A DNA stretch of 64,000 nucleotides. Source: a virus (lineage: Duplodnaviria; Caudoviricetes). Positions 57,429 through 64,000 of this stretch are shown here, in pieces; the first letter of the stretch is position 1, and the number at the start of each line of letters is the position of its first letter. The DNA is taken from positions 160,467 through 224,466 of IMG/VR virus record IMGVR_UViG_3300009671_000009. One strand, given 5' to 3'. Both the position numbers and the translations under genes were made by a program. Under the pieces are notes generated by a model. That model saw only the letters and a program-made list of their open reading frames with translations. It was not told the DNA's origin and did no database searches.

Positions 57429-58186
57429 TAGCCGTTAGCCCTCCCGATGATGTCTTTGGCTTCAAAGAATACGGTCTTGGTCATCAAGACATCGTTCATT
57501 GTTACACCACCTGTTTCGGCAACAGTATGAATGCCCGCAATGGAGATGTCAAAGGTCTGACCGTAGTCATTAGTGTTGATCATTCTGATACTATCGACGT
57601 TGAAAGTTGCTGCGTCAAGTGGGGAGAAAAACATCAGAGTGATCCAGCCTACTACGTGGTAGGGATCGGCAGGGACGCTGTGCACTACTTCTTCAGGAGT
57701 GCGGTCGTCCACATTATAAAGATATGCATAGTCAACAGAGTATACGTTGTCTGCGAGGTTTCCGTCCAAGAGGATCTTAGTATCCGATGGAGCAGGAGGG
57801 CAATAACTTTCAACAATCCCAGGGATGCGCACAGGGCCTTTTCCAGCTGCTTGCTTTAAGTATTCTGCCATTTCAGTATATGCTTCTTGTTTTTTACGGA
57901 AGTCGTCCATCAGTTTTTCTTGGCTTTCTTTTTCCGTTGTCTTTTCTTCTTTAAGCCTCTCTATCTCTTGGGTAAGGTCTTGAAAGCTTAGAGTGTCTTT
58001 TCGAAAATCAACATCATCAATCATACTATCGATGTGTTCCTTTTGTTTTTGTAATGAGTCCGATTCGTTGCAAACATGAATCGTGCTATGCGGCTGTGTC
58101 ACACTGGGCACTTGCATCGAAAACGGAACAATATGTACTGTGTTCTTAAGTTTTTGTGCTAATTCTAGTTTATCTATAAATTTCAT
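57428..58186 (-). CDS. Coiled-coil protein with C-terminal tail-tube-like domain
   Basis: Likely start MKFIDK (RBS AAGGAG). The C-terminus 'NTNDYGQTFDISIAGIHTVAETGGVTMNDVLMTKTVFFEAKDI' parallels the tube's 'MANEYGAAASMGMYGVQILNEGSGLSIDDLVQEKACTFVATDI'. Confidence 0.6.
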   Translation of the reverse strand: MKFIDKLELAQKLKNTVHIVPFSMQVPSVTQPHSTIHVCNESDSLQKQKEHIDSMIDDVDFRKDTLSFQDLTQEIERLKEEKTTEKESQEKLMDDFRKKQEAYTEMAEYLKQAAGKGPVRIPGIVESYCPPAPSDTKILLDGNLADNVYSVDYAYLYNVDDRTPEEVVHSVPADPYHVVGWITLMFFSPLDAATFNVDSIRMINTNDYGQTFDISIAGIHTVAETGGVTMNDVLMTKTVFFEAKDIIGRANG

Positions 58187-58205
58187 AGTGTTTCTCCTTG
58201 TGTTG

Positions 58206-58529
58206 TTATGATACGGGGCCTGATCTACCGAGTAGTCCCGATGTTGCTTGCGATATACTGTTTTGGACACCGTGCATGATCTGCTGCACTCTAGAGTTTG
58301 GCTCTGGCTCTTCTGCTTCAACTGGGCCACGAAGAGTGTACAGCGGCGGTCTCTCCCTGGTTACCTGATACTGTAACGGTTGTAACTCTTCAAAGACATG
58401 ACGGTCGAGTCGAGCAACAGCATCTTGTCTCATGATATCCATGAACTGATCTTCAGTGATAACGCCTTGGATGCCGTCTTCGGTAGTAGCTACTCCCCCT
58501 GAGTCAACACAGGTCTTTGTGCAATCCAT
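58206..58529 (-). CDS. Hypothetical protein
   Basis: Fills the gap between neighbours; start uncertain. Confidence 0.45.
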   Translation of the reverse strand: MDCTKTCVDSGGVATTEDGIQGVITEDQFMDIMRQDAVARLDRHVFEELQPLQYQVTRERPPLYTLRGPVEAEEPEPNSRVQQIMHGVQNSISQATSGLLGRSGPVS

Positions 58530-59203
58530 GTAGAGGTTGGCTCTGGTGGATCAACCCACATCGGTGTATCGTTGTTATTCGTTCTTTGTACTTCGCGCCA
58601 AGGTATTGTATTGCCTTCGTTAAGGGTGAGTCCTGTTTTGATAGCCTCGGCATTGATGGCAAGAATATCTTCAATCATCTTCTCCTCACCGATAATCTCA
58701 ACACCGATATCTTCGTAGGAAGATATTAGCATCAAATACAGAAGGTTACTTTTAGGTGTACATACCACAGAAGGGAGACCATTCTCGTCCACTTTAACTT
58801 TGCAATCTGCCTCTGCTGTTATAGCAGTTCCTATTACGGCGACTTGCTTTGCCCACTTCAGGATCTCAATAAGAAACTCATTTAGTTTTTCTCTGGGTAT
58901 CCCGTCTGGCTCGTCTATGATAACAAGATCATATTGTTGTTTTATTTTTGAAACCTTATCAACACCAGCACAGGTAATATCTGCTCCATAACTGACGTTG
59001 GCGTATTGCTTAATGGCCTCTTCGGTGAGTTTGCGCTGTGAAACAGAAGGGCACAAGTATAGGGTTTTACCAACATACTTACTAGCCTTCTCTATGGCTG
59101 CTTTAGTTTTTCCCTTTCCGCGCTCAAATCCGCCGACTAAGATCTCAGCATCTGAACAGACCCAATCTGGTAAAGATTTGGGATAATTGCGACAACTAGA
59201 CAC
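58490..59203 (-). CDS. Stand-alone P-loop ATPase domain, terminase/SF2-like
   Basis: Walker A 'FERGKGKT', 'YLCPSVSQ', Walker B 'LVIIDE', 'VIGT'; no nuclease domain. Confidence 0.65.
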   Translation of the reverse strand: MSSCRNYPKSLPDWVCSDAEILVGGFERGKGKTKAAIEKASKYVGKTLYLCPSVSQRKLTEEAIKQYANVSYGADITCAGVDKVSKIKQQYDLVIIDEPDGIPREKLNEFLIEILKWAKQVAVIGTAITAEADCKVKVDENGLPSVVCTPKSNLLYLMLISSYEDIGVEIIGEEKMIEDILAINAEAIKTGLTLNEGNTIPWREVQRTNNNDTPMWVDPPEPTSTWIAQRPVLTQGE

Positions 59204-59403
59204 GTTCTTTCTCCTTTAGCGAGGTCTTATGACCTAAAAATAATAATAACGTCTGGAGAGCACGGAGAGTAAACTCTCGGCTCTCATAGAAAAGAATTCC
59301 ATCTGTGTAAATCTGAATCTTATCTCCACTGATGATATCGATTTTCACTTTACTTCTCCTTTACGCTGTTAACTAATTCATCATAAGCTTCTACACGAGC
59401 ATA

Positions 59404-59574
59404 CTACATCTGGAATAACAGATGAACTTGATTGGCAATTTCGCGGCAATACATAACTCGCTTCTCGTCGTCTGCGGCACTATCGCGTAGTCCTTCTAGG
59501 ACTTTAACATTTCTCTTGATTACTCCATACGGATCGAAGTTTTCTGCACATGATCCACAACACTTGTCACTCAT
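59404..59574 (-). CDS. Small Cys-containing hypothetical protein (56 aa)
   Basis: MSDKCCGSC...; ATGA overlap with the upstream ORF. Confidence 0.5.
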   Translation of the reverse strand: MSDKCCGSCAENFDPYGVIKRNVKVLEGLRDSAADDEKRVMYCREIANQVHLLFQM

Positions 59575-59798
59575 TTTAAGTCATTACCCTCCATATAATC
59601 TCTCTTTACTTGTTCTATATCAAATCCATAACAAAGTTGGATATCCGCAATCTCGTAGAGAGACTTAAGAAAAGCAGGAATAACCCTCTCTCGGACAACG
59701 TAGTTATCCATGTTGTATCCCATACTGGGGATCTCAGCTGCATTTAGAAACTTTCTGACTGCTCTTAAGAGATCTGTTTCGTTAATACATACGCTCAT
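59571..59798 (-). CDS. Hypothetical protein
   Basis: RBS GAGG; part of a tightly packed operon. Confidence 0.55.
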   Translation of the reverse strand: MSVCINETDLLRAVRKFLNAAEIPSMGYNMDNYVVRERVIPAFLKSLYEIADIQLCYGFDIEQVKRDYMEGNDLK

Positions 59799-60105
59799 TT
59801 TGTTCCTCTTTTTGTTTCATTTCTCTGATCTTGGCCACAACATCTGCTACGAACTTCCGTTCTGAATCTGTAAGAGTACCATCGGCTTTCTTCTTACAAA
59901 GACTTTTCCAAACGGCGACACCCATAGCTCTAAGAATAACCCAACCCAGGAGTGTTACTACTGCAGGAATCCAGAATGGCGAGAAAATCCACCACCAACT
60001 CCAGTCGATATCCCCTGTAAGCTTAAAGATAATAAACAACACTAACAGGGTATTCGTTGTATATCTGATTTCAGTTCCAACAGCAGATGCGGTTTTATTT
60101 GTCAT
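59782..60105 (-). CDS. Small membrane protein
   Basis: Two hydrophobic segments around 'FKLTGDIDWSWWWIFSPFW', a motif common in phage membrane proteins. Confidence 0.7.
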   Translation of the reverse strand: MTNKTASAVGTEIRYTTNTLLVLFIIFKLTGDIDWSWWWIFSPFWIPAVVTLLGWVILRAMGVAVWKSLCKKKADGTLTDSERKFVADVVAKIREMKQKEEQNERMY

Positions 60106-60347
60106 TTTGTTACCTCTGGCTTAACAGCATTGGCGAGTTTTGCAACCTCTTTATCTGTTAAGTATCTACCGAACACTTGGTTATAAGTATTCATGATTCT
60201 ATCATATGCTAGTTTCATGCAGTCCTTGCAACAGAATGTTACATCCTCGCCTACAGGAGAATCTACCCATTCCTCTGGCAAGTAGTTTCCTGTATATTCC
60301 TTACCGCATACATCGCATACTGCTGAAATTAAATAACGTTTTGACAT
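60102..60347 (-). CDS. Small zinc-finger protein
   Basis: 'CDVCG...FCCKDC'. Confidence 0.6.
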   Translation of the reverse strand: MSKRYLISAVCDVCGKEYTGNYLPEEWVDSPVGEDVTFCCKDCMKLAYDRIMNTYNQVFGRYLTDKEVAKLANAVKPEVTK

Positions 60348-60365
60348 TTATCGGTTCCTCCACCT

Positions 60366-60599
60366 TTATTTTTCTTTTGTCTTTTCGTTTTTGAGACCTA
60401 TTATTGTTACAAGACATGCTGCGCAGATATCTAACTCTTGATTGATAAGCTGCCCGCGTCCTATGTATGTTCCTTTGGTGATCTTGTCGTCAAACCACAT
60501 TAGTTTGGCGAATTGTGCATACATACCAGTTGGAGACTCGCCTGATGCAGAATACCCGCAGATATCACATGTTACTGTTGTTGTATTGCTAATACTCAT
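60366..60599 (-). CDS. Small zinc-finger protein
   Basis: 'CDICG...DICAAC'; RBS AAGGAG. Confidence 0.6.
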   Translation of the reverse strand: MSISNTTTVTCDICGYSASGESPTGMYAQFAKLMWFDDKITKGTYIGRGQLINQELDICAACLVTIIGLKNEKTKEK

Positions 60600-60619
60600 T
60601 TTGTTCTCCTTGTTTTAGA

Positions 60620-60838
60620 TTATAAACCGTTCTTGTATTTCGGACACTCCCACACAGGGGTTGTGATACCGTACTTTATACAGTTTTCGAACACAGCCTG
60701 GGCGATCTCACAGTTATCAGAGCTTCCTGGTCGGAAGTGCTCGCATGCTGTATAGCACAGGCAAAACTCCTTATGTTTACCTTTGAGGTTATCTTGTACT
60801 GATACTTCAGTGCCATGGTGATTGTATCGTAAAATCAT
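60620..60838 (-). CDS. Small Cys-rich protein
   Basis: 'CLCYTAC...C...C...WECPKY'; RBS AAGGAG. Confidence 0.6.
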   Translation of the reverse strand: MILRYNHHGTEVSVQDNLKGKHKEFCLCYTACEHFRPGSSDNCEIAQAVFENCIKYGITTPVWECPKYKNGL

Positions 60839-60862
60839 TCATCTTCTCCTTTGATGAATCCA

Positions 60863-61048
60863 TTACTTCATCCGCAGTTTTATCTTCCATATCCAACTAG
60901 TGAACGGCATATCTTGAGCATATTCTTTAAAACTGGCCACACGTCCTTCTCTTTTAAGCGCAATAAAAACCAAGGTGTATAGTATGGCAGCATAGCACAG
61001 ATTAGGTATAATTACTATTGTTGCAAGCTTAGTAAAGAAATCTTTCAT
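60863..61048 (-). CDS. Small membrane protein
   Basis: N-terminal hydrophobic helix. Confidence 0.5.
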   Translation of the reverse strand: MKDFFTKLATIVIIPNLCYAAILYTLVFIALKREGRVASFKEYAQDMPFTSWIWKIKLRMK

Positions 61049-61049
61049 C

Positions 61050-61220
61050 TTATTTCAATGGGCACAACGGACAGTTGGCCTTTCCTTTCGCTAATAGTGT
61101 ATTTAAGAATTTTAGCCCTCTATGACATTTAGAGCTGCAAGCTTCACATGCTTCCGAAGATACGTATTTTGATGGCCCTTGCTGGCCTTTGTTTTTATTC
61201 GATCCTGGTTTTACTCCCAA
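61050..61220 (-). CDS. Small Cys-rich protein (56 aa)
   Basis: TTG start after AAGGAGG; 'CEACSSKC...CPLCP'; below the ORF-track cutoff. Confidence 0.55.
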   Translation of the reverse strand: MGVKPGSNKNKGQQGPSKYVSSEACEACSSKCHRGLKFLNTLLAKGKANCPLCPLK

Positions 61221-61233
61221 AGTCTTTCCCTCC

Positions 61234-61404
61234 TTATTTTTCTACCCACGCTCCGTGTTCTAGCCACTGGATTTTGCCACAGTTTTTACAAACACGATAT
61301 GCTTTTGCTTTTCTATCTATCCAACCTGGATCCAATCCTACTACAGCATCTGCCCAGGTTGTCTTGTTTTCCCACTGATGCTGGCACTGGTCTAGATAAC
61401 TCAT
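61234..61404 (-). CDS. Small zinc-ribbon protein (56 aa)
   Basis: ATGA-coupled start MSYLDQCQHQW...CKNCG. Confidence 0.55.
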   Translation of the reverse strand: MSYLDQCQHQWENKTTWADAVVGLDPGWIDRKAKAYRVCKNCGKIQWLEHGAWVEK

Positions 61405-61748
61405 CCAGGCGTCACCCCGAAATCTATGACCTTGCCCAGCACTAGCTCTGATCCACAAATCAAGCAGTGTTCATCTTCTACTTCTGAATGGCCATTCGGG
61501 CAAACCAAGTCATAATTCGCACAAAGATAGCCCTTCTGGTCTTGACGGACTCCGATGAAACCATTAAGAATACCTATCAGTCCTACACGATATTCTCCGT
61601 CGTGCATACCGCATTGAACCGTGGGATGCTCTAGTAGTCCATTATTGTTTACTTTAACCCGAGCATTACAAAGATCAGTGATAGCGTCCCTGTCTAGTTT
61701 TGTTAGTTCGTTAAGATATACTATTAAATCTTCTAATCTTGAATTCAT
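61401..61748 (-). CDS. Hypothetical protein with C-terminal zinc ribbon
   Basis: 'CPNGH...CLICG'. Confidence 0.6.
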   Translation of the reverse strand: MNSRLEDLIVYLNELTKLDRDAITDLCNARVKVNNNGLLEHPTVQCGMHDGEYRVGLIGILNGFIGVRQDQKGYLCANYDLVCPNGHSEVEDEHCLICGSELVLGKVIDFGVTPG

Positions 61749-62011
61749 TACAATCTCTCCTCTGATTCTTCCATTACATCGATGCGATTCATTCCTTCAT
61801 CGACCTTAAGTCCTTCGAGATCTGGATATGGAGCAATATGTAACGCCACTGTTAGTGGATCTGGACTTTTGCGCAGCATTCTTTCTAGCTCTCCTTGAAA
61901 CTCCTGATCTTGAATTAACTCTTTAAGATTTTCAGTGCGGGCCACAAAGAGTCGGTGGGTCTCCGCTCCGATTCTTTCAGCTGGTGGCCCAATGGCTACG
62001 AGATAAGTCAT
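61748..62011 (-). CDS. Hypothetical protein
   Basis: Stop/start coupled at both ends. Confidence 0.6.
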   Translation of the reverse strand: MTYLVAIGPPAERIGAETHRLFVARTENLKELIQDQEFQGELERMLRKSPDPLTVALHIAPYPDLEGLKVDEGMNRIDVMEESEERL

Positions 62012-62367
62012 TATTCTTCCTCCGCTAGTTTCATAAAGTATTCCTCGATGTATTGTTCAGAAAAACCTAGCGCTTTGAATAACATCCAGTGTTGCACAGT
62101 TCCTGTGATACCGTTTTCGATCAAGTCGCTGACTTGATCGACAACATGGGTCATATGGAAAAACTTAAAGATCCACAGGAGAACTTTTCCAGATTGCACG
62201 CAGGATTTTACGCAGAAGCGCAGTCCGAAGTTTTCTACTAGTTCTATGAGTTCTGCCAAGAACTCATAGCGTACAGCAATGCAGGCAGCTGGTTTCGATT
62301 CATTCGAAACTTGCTGACAAAGTGCGTAGGTTTCTCCCCAGTAGGTATCGATGTTGTCGTGACTCAT
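62011..62367 (-). CDS. Hypothetical protein
   Basis: RBS GAGGAG; first gene after an AT-rich intergenic region. Confidence 0.6.
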   Translation of the reverse strand: MSHDNIDTYWGETYALCQQVSNESKPAACIAVRYEFLAELIELVENFGLRFCVKSCVQSGKVLLWIFKFFHMTHVVDQVSDLIENGITGTVQHWMLFKALGFSEQYIEEYFMKLAEEE

Positions 62368-62426
62368 TTGGATCTCCTCGATTTCGGTTAGTGTTTTATA
62401 CTATTATTATATTTATTTTAATAGGA

Positions 62427-63062
62427 CTAATTGTTGTCTACAAAAATATTTTTCTTGCGCTTCATATAGATTGTTGCATTGTCGTACATCAAGTGATACA
62501 ACTTCCTTGTGTCTATAGTATAGTATTTGAACTGATAGTATTCCCCCCAACCATGGTTCGTGCGATGAAATAGAGTAGATTCCCTAAGACCTAATCTATG
62601 AAGATTAGATATAATACCTTTTGCAAATTCTTCGCTACCAGTTGAGAATTCAGAAATAATACGTCGTAACTTCTGTTTTTTGCTATGTTCTTGAACAAAA
62701 GAACCATTCCCATCAAAGTATCCTCGTATAAAATGCATTACGTACTCGTCAGGAATATCAGGGAAAGTTTTGTTTTTACTTTTGTTAAAACTGAGTCCTA
62801 ATTTTTGGAGACGATCAGTCATATGTTTATTACAGATCATTAGTTTATAGTTTGGATTTCCTCTTGTGTCACAATGAATTTTGTGTTCAGATCCCATCGC
62901 TATGCGAATCTGTTCAATGATGTCTCGGTCGTTGTTGGAAAGACCGAAGACAGCCGAATTTCTGTCTTTTGTTAAGTACCCATCGGCGTATATAAAGCCG
63001 AGGGTGTACGCAGATTCTTCTGTCCAAGAATCAAAGAAATTTGTATTAATGGCTTTAGCCAT
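62427..63062 (-). CDS. Free-standing LAGLIDADG homing endonuclease
   Basis: Likely start MAKAIN (RBS GAGGTG); two motifs, 'AYTLGFIYADG' and 'HFIRGYFDGNG'. Confidence 0.88.
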   Translation of the reverse strand: MAKAINTNFFDSWTEESAYTLGFIYADGYLTKDRNSAVFGLSNNDRDIIEQIRIAMGSEHKIHCDTRGNPNYKLMICNKHMTDRLQKLGLSFNKSKNKTFPDIPDEYVMHFIRGYFDGNGSFVQEHSKKQKLRRIISEFSTGSEEFAKGIISNLHRLGLRESTLFHRTNHGWGEYYQFKYYTIDTRKLYHLMYDNATIYMKRKKNIFVDNN

Positions 63063-63234
63063 TTCTATCACCTCAATAATTATTATATGATTTCTTTCGA
63101 TAGTGATCGGGGCCTTTAGAAAGTCAAAAAATACATATTTTGGCCTGGTGGTAATGTACATATACAAGAAAAAGTCCGAATGTTTACGTGCCCCACTGGG
63201 TCCAATATTAACTATTATGAGAGGAGTGATACCA

Positions 63235-63348
63235 ATGGACAAAAGAAAGATTGTAAGACCATTGAAGAAAGAGATCACAGTAAATGGTATTAAGCATGTG
63301 TATATCAATGGTGTATTACACGCAACTAGACCTGTAATAACAAAATAA
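63235..63348 (+). CDS. Small hypothetical protein (37 aa)
   Basis: RBS GAGGAG; first gene of the divergent plus-strand unit. Confidence 0.45.
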   Translation: MDKRKIVRPLKKEITVNGIKHVYINGVLHATRPVITK

Positions 63349-63363
63349 CAAGGAGGGATTACT

Positions 63364-63636
63364 ATGGTATTCCAATCAAGAGACTATGTGGTGTACAGAC
63401 CCAAGGATGAAAGTATTAAAATTAAACTATCTAATCTACAACATGTAACACTAACTGAGCTAGCAGCAGCACAGTATAGAAGAGTAAGTAAAGGGTTTGT
63501 TATCGTACAAGGTACTAAAGGACACATGCTTACAGAGATCATGGTATCAGAGCATAGCTTGCTAGGTGACGTAGTAGACCTAGAGTATGAAGGTGTATAT
63601 GTTCTGACCAGTACAGGTTGGGAAGAGGTTAAATAA
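63364..63636 (+). CDS. Hypothetical protein
   Basis: RBS AAGGAGG; 90 aa. Confidence 0.65.
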   Translation: MVFQSRDYVVYRPKDESIKIKLSNLQHVTLTELAAAQYRRVSKGFVIVQGTKGHMLTEIMVSEHSLLGDVVDLEYEGVYVLTSTGWEEVK

Positions 63637-64000
63637 ACTAAATAAGCAGAGGAGAGTGGTATCATGGTAGTATCTATCAGTAGAGGAGCTAGTGTATTAG
63701 AGGACACCTTAGAAATGGACAATATGTGTGCAGAGCTAGTACGTAGGGTTGTATCTAAGAGCAAAAGGAGGAATAAGAGAAATGGCAGGACAAAGAAAGT
63801 ACAACATGATTTTCTTCAAGGTAAAGATGAAGGACGGTACTGAAGTAGGAGGACGTATCAGTGAGTTCGATATGTTGTATGAACTGCCAATACAGCACAT
63901 GTAAAACAATATAGAAAGGAGAAAGGAATAGCATGAGTACATTAAAGAAGATCGGTAGTAGGTTGGCCACAGCAGGCAAGGCGGTAGGTACAGAGGTAAA

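Larger units (their letters stand above)
1..64000. mobile_element. Segment of a large myovirus-type bacteriophage genome (packaging, head, contractile tail, baseplate and accessory genes)
   Basis: Co-oriented TerS/TerL, portal, protease, capsid, sheath, tube and baseplate-J-like genes in canonical order. No host housekeeping genes, integrase or att site seen. Confidence 0.96.

Noticed and set aside
59350-59574. In-frame TAG at 59404-59406 followed by 17 sense codons to a TAA next to the following gene's RBS, suggesting stop-codon reassignment or readthrough
   Set aside because: TAG is the annotated stop of several other genes (e.g. 4722, 39366, 47564, 55289), and the long genes are intact in code 11. 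A single case is better explained by chance or a point mutation.
61085-61130. Promoter-like 'TACACTATTAG' resembling 'TGTACTATTAG' at ~56470
   Set aside because: It lies inside the 61050-61220 coding frame and has no properly spaced -35.
85-62573. Numerous short plus-strand ORFs in the track
   Set aside because: They are antisense shadows of long minus-strand genes, without recognisable motifs.
56547-63062. Group I introns around the GIY-YIG and LAGLIDADG genes
   Set aside because: Flanking genes look complete, and the intergenic spaces are too short for a ribozyme core; treated as free-standing endonucleases.
1-64000. tRNA, rRNA, CRISPR arrays, integrase/att sites, reverse transcriptase or DGR
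   Set aside because: None recognised by eye, and intergenic space is minimal. A tRNAscan/Infernal run would be needed to exclude small RNAs fully.

Overview
The whole window is part of a large tailed-phage genome with a contractile (myovirus-type) tail. The strong AGGAGG-type RBSs are compatible with a Firmicutes host (inference). Almost all genes are on the minus strand. In transcription order (right to left): small accessory genes with free-standing LAGLIDADG and GIY-YIG endonucleases (63.1-56 kb); TerS, a Gly-rich small-protein cluster, TerL, metallophosphoesterase, NDT-like, HNH, portal, prohead protease/scaffold, decoration protein, major capsid, neck, two sheath paralogs, three tube paralogs and two paralogous tail chaperones (56-32.5 kb); three giant ORFs; baseplate genes; and an FN3-repeat fibre gene that runs off the left edge and is missing from the ORF track. 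The main discovery is in the tape-measure position. The 2231-aa ORF (18229-24924) carries ordered beta- and beta'-like RNA polymerase motifs in one chain, including a perfect NADFDGD, fused to an N-terminal DEDDh 3'-5' exonuclease and a C-terminal hydrophobic segment, so it is a candidate virion-packaged RNA polymerase with a built-in exonuclease. The upstream 2516-aa tape-measure-like ORF carries a LAGLIDADG intein, a PD-(D/E)XK nuclease and an SNase-like fold. The accessory region also holds an ATPase-only terminase paralog, a fourth tail-tube paralog, and a GIY-YIG nuclease fused to a copy of its neighbouring HTH/Zn gene. All calls come from motif reading and synteny; no searches were run.
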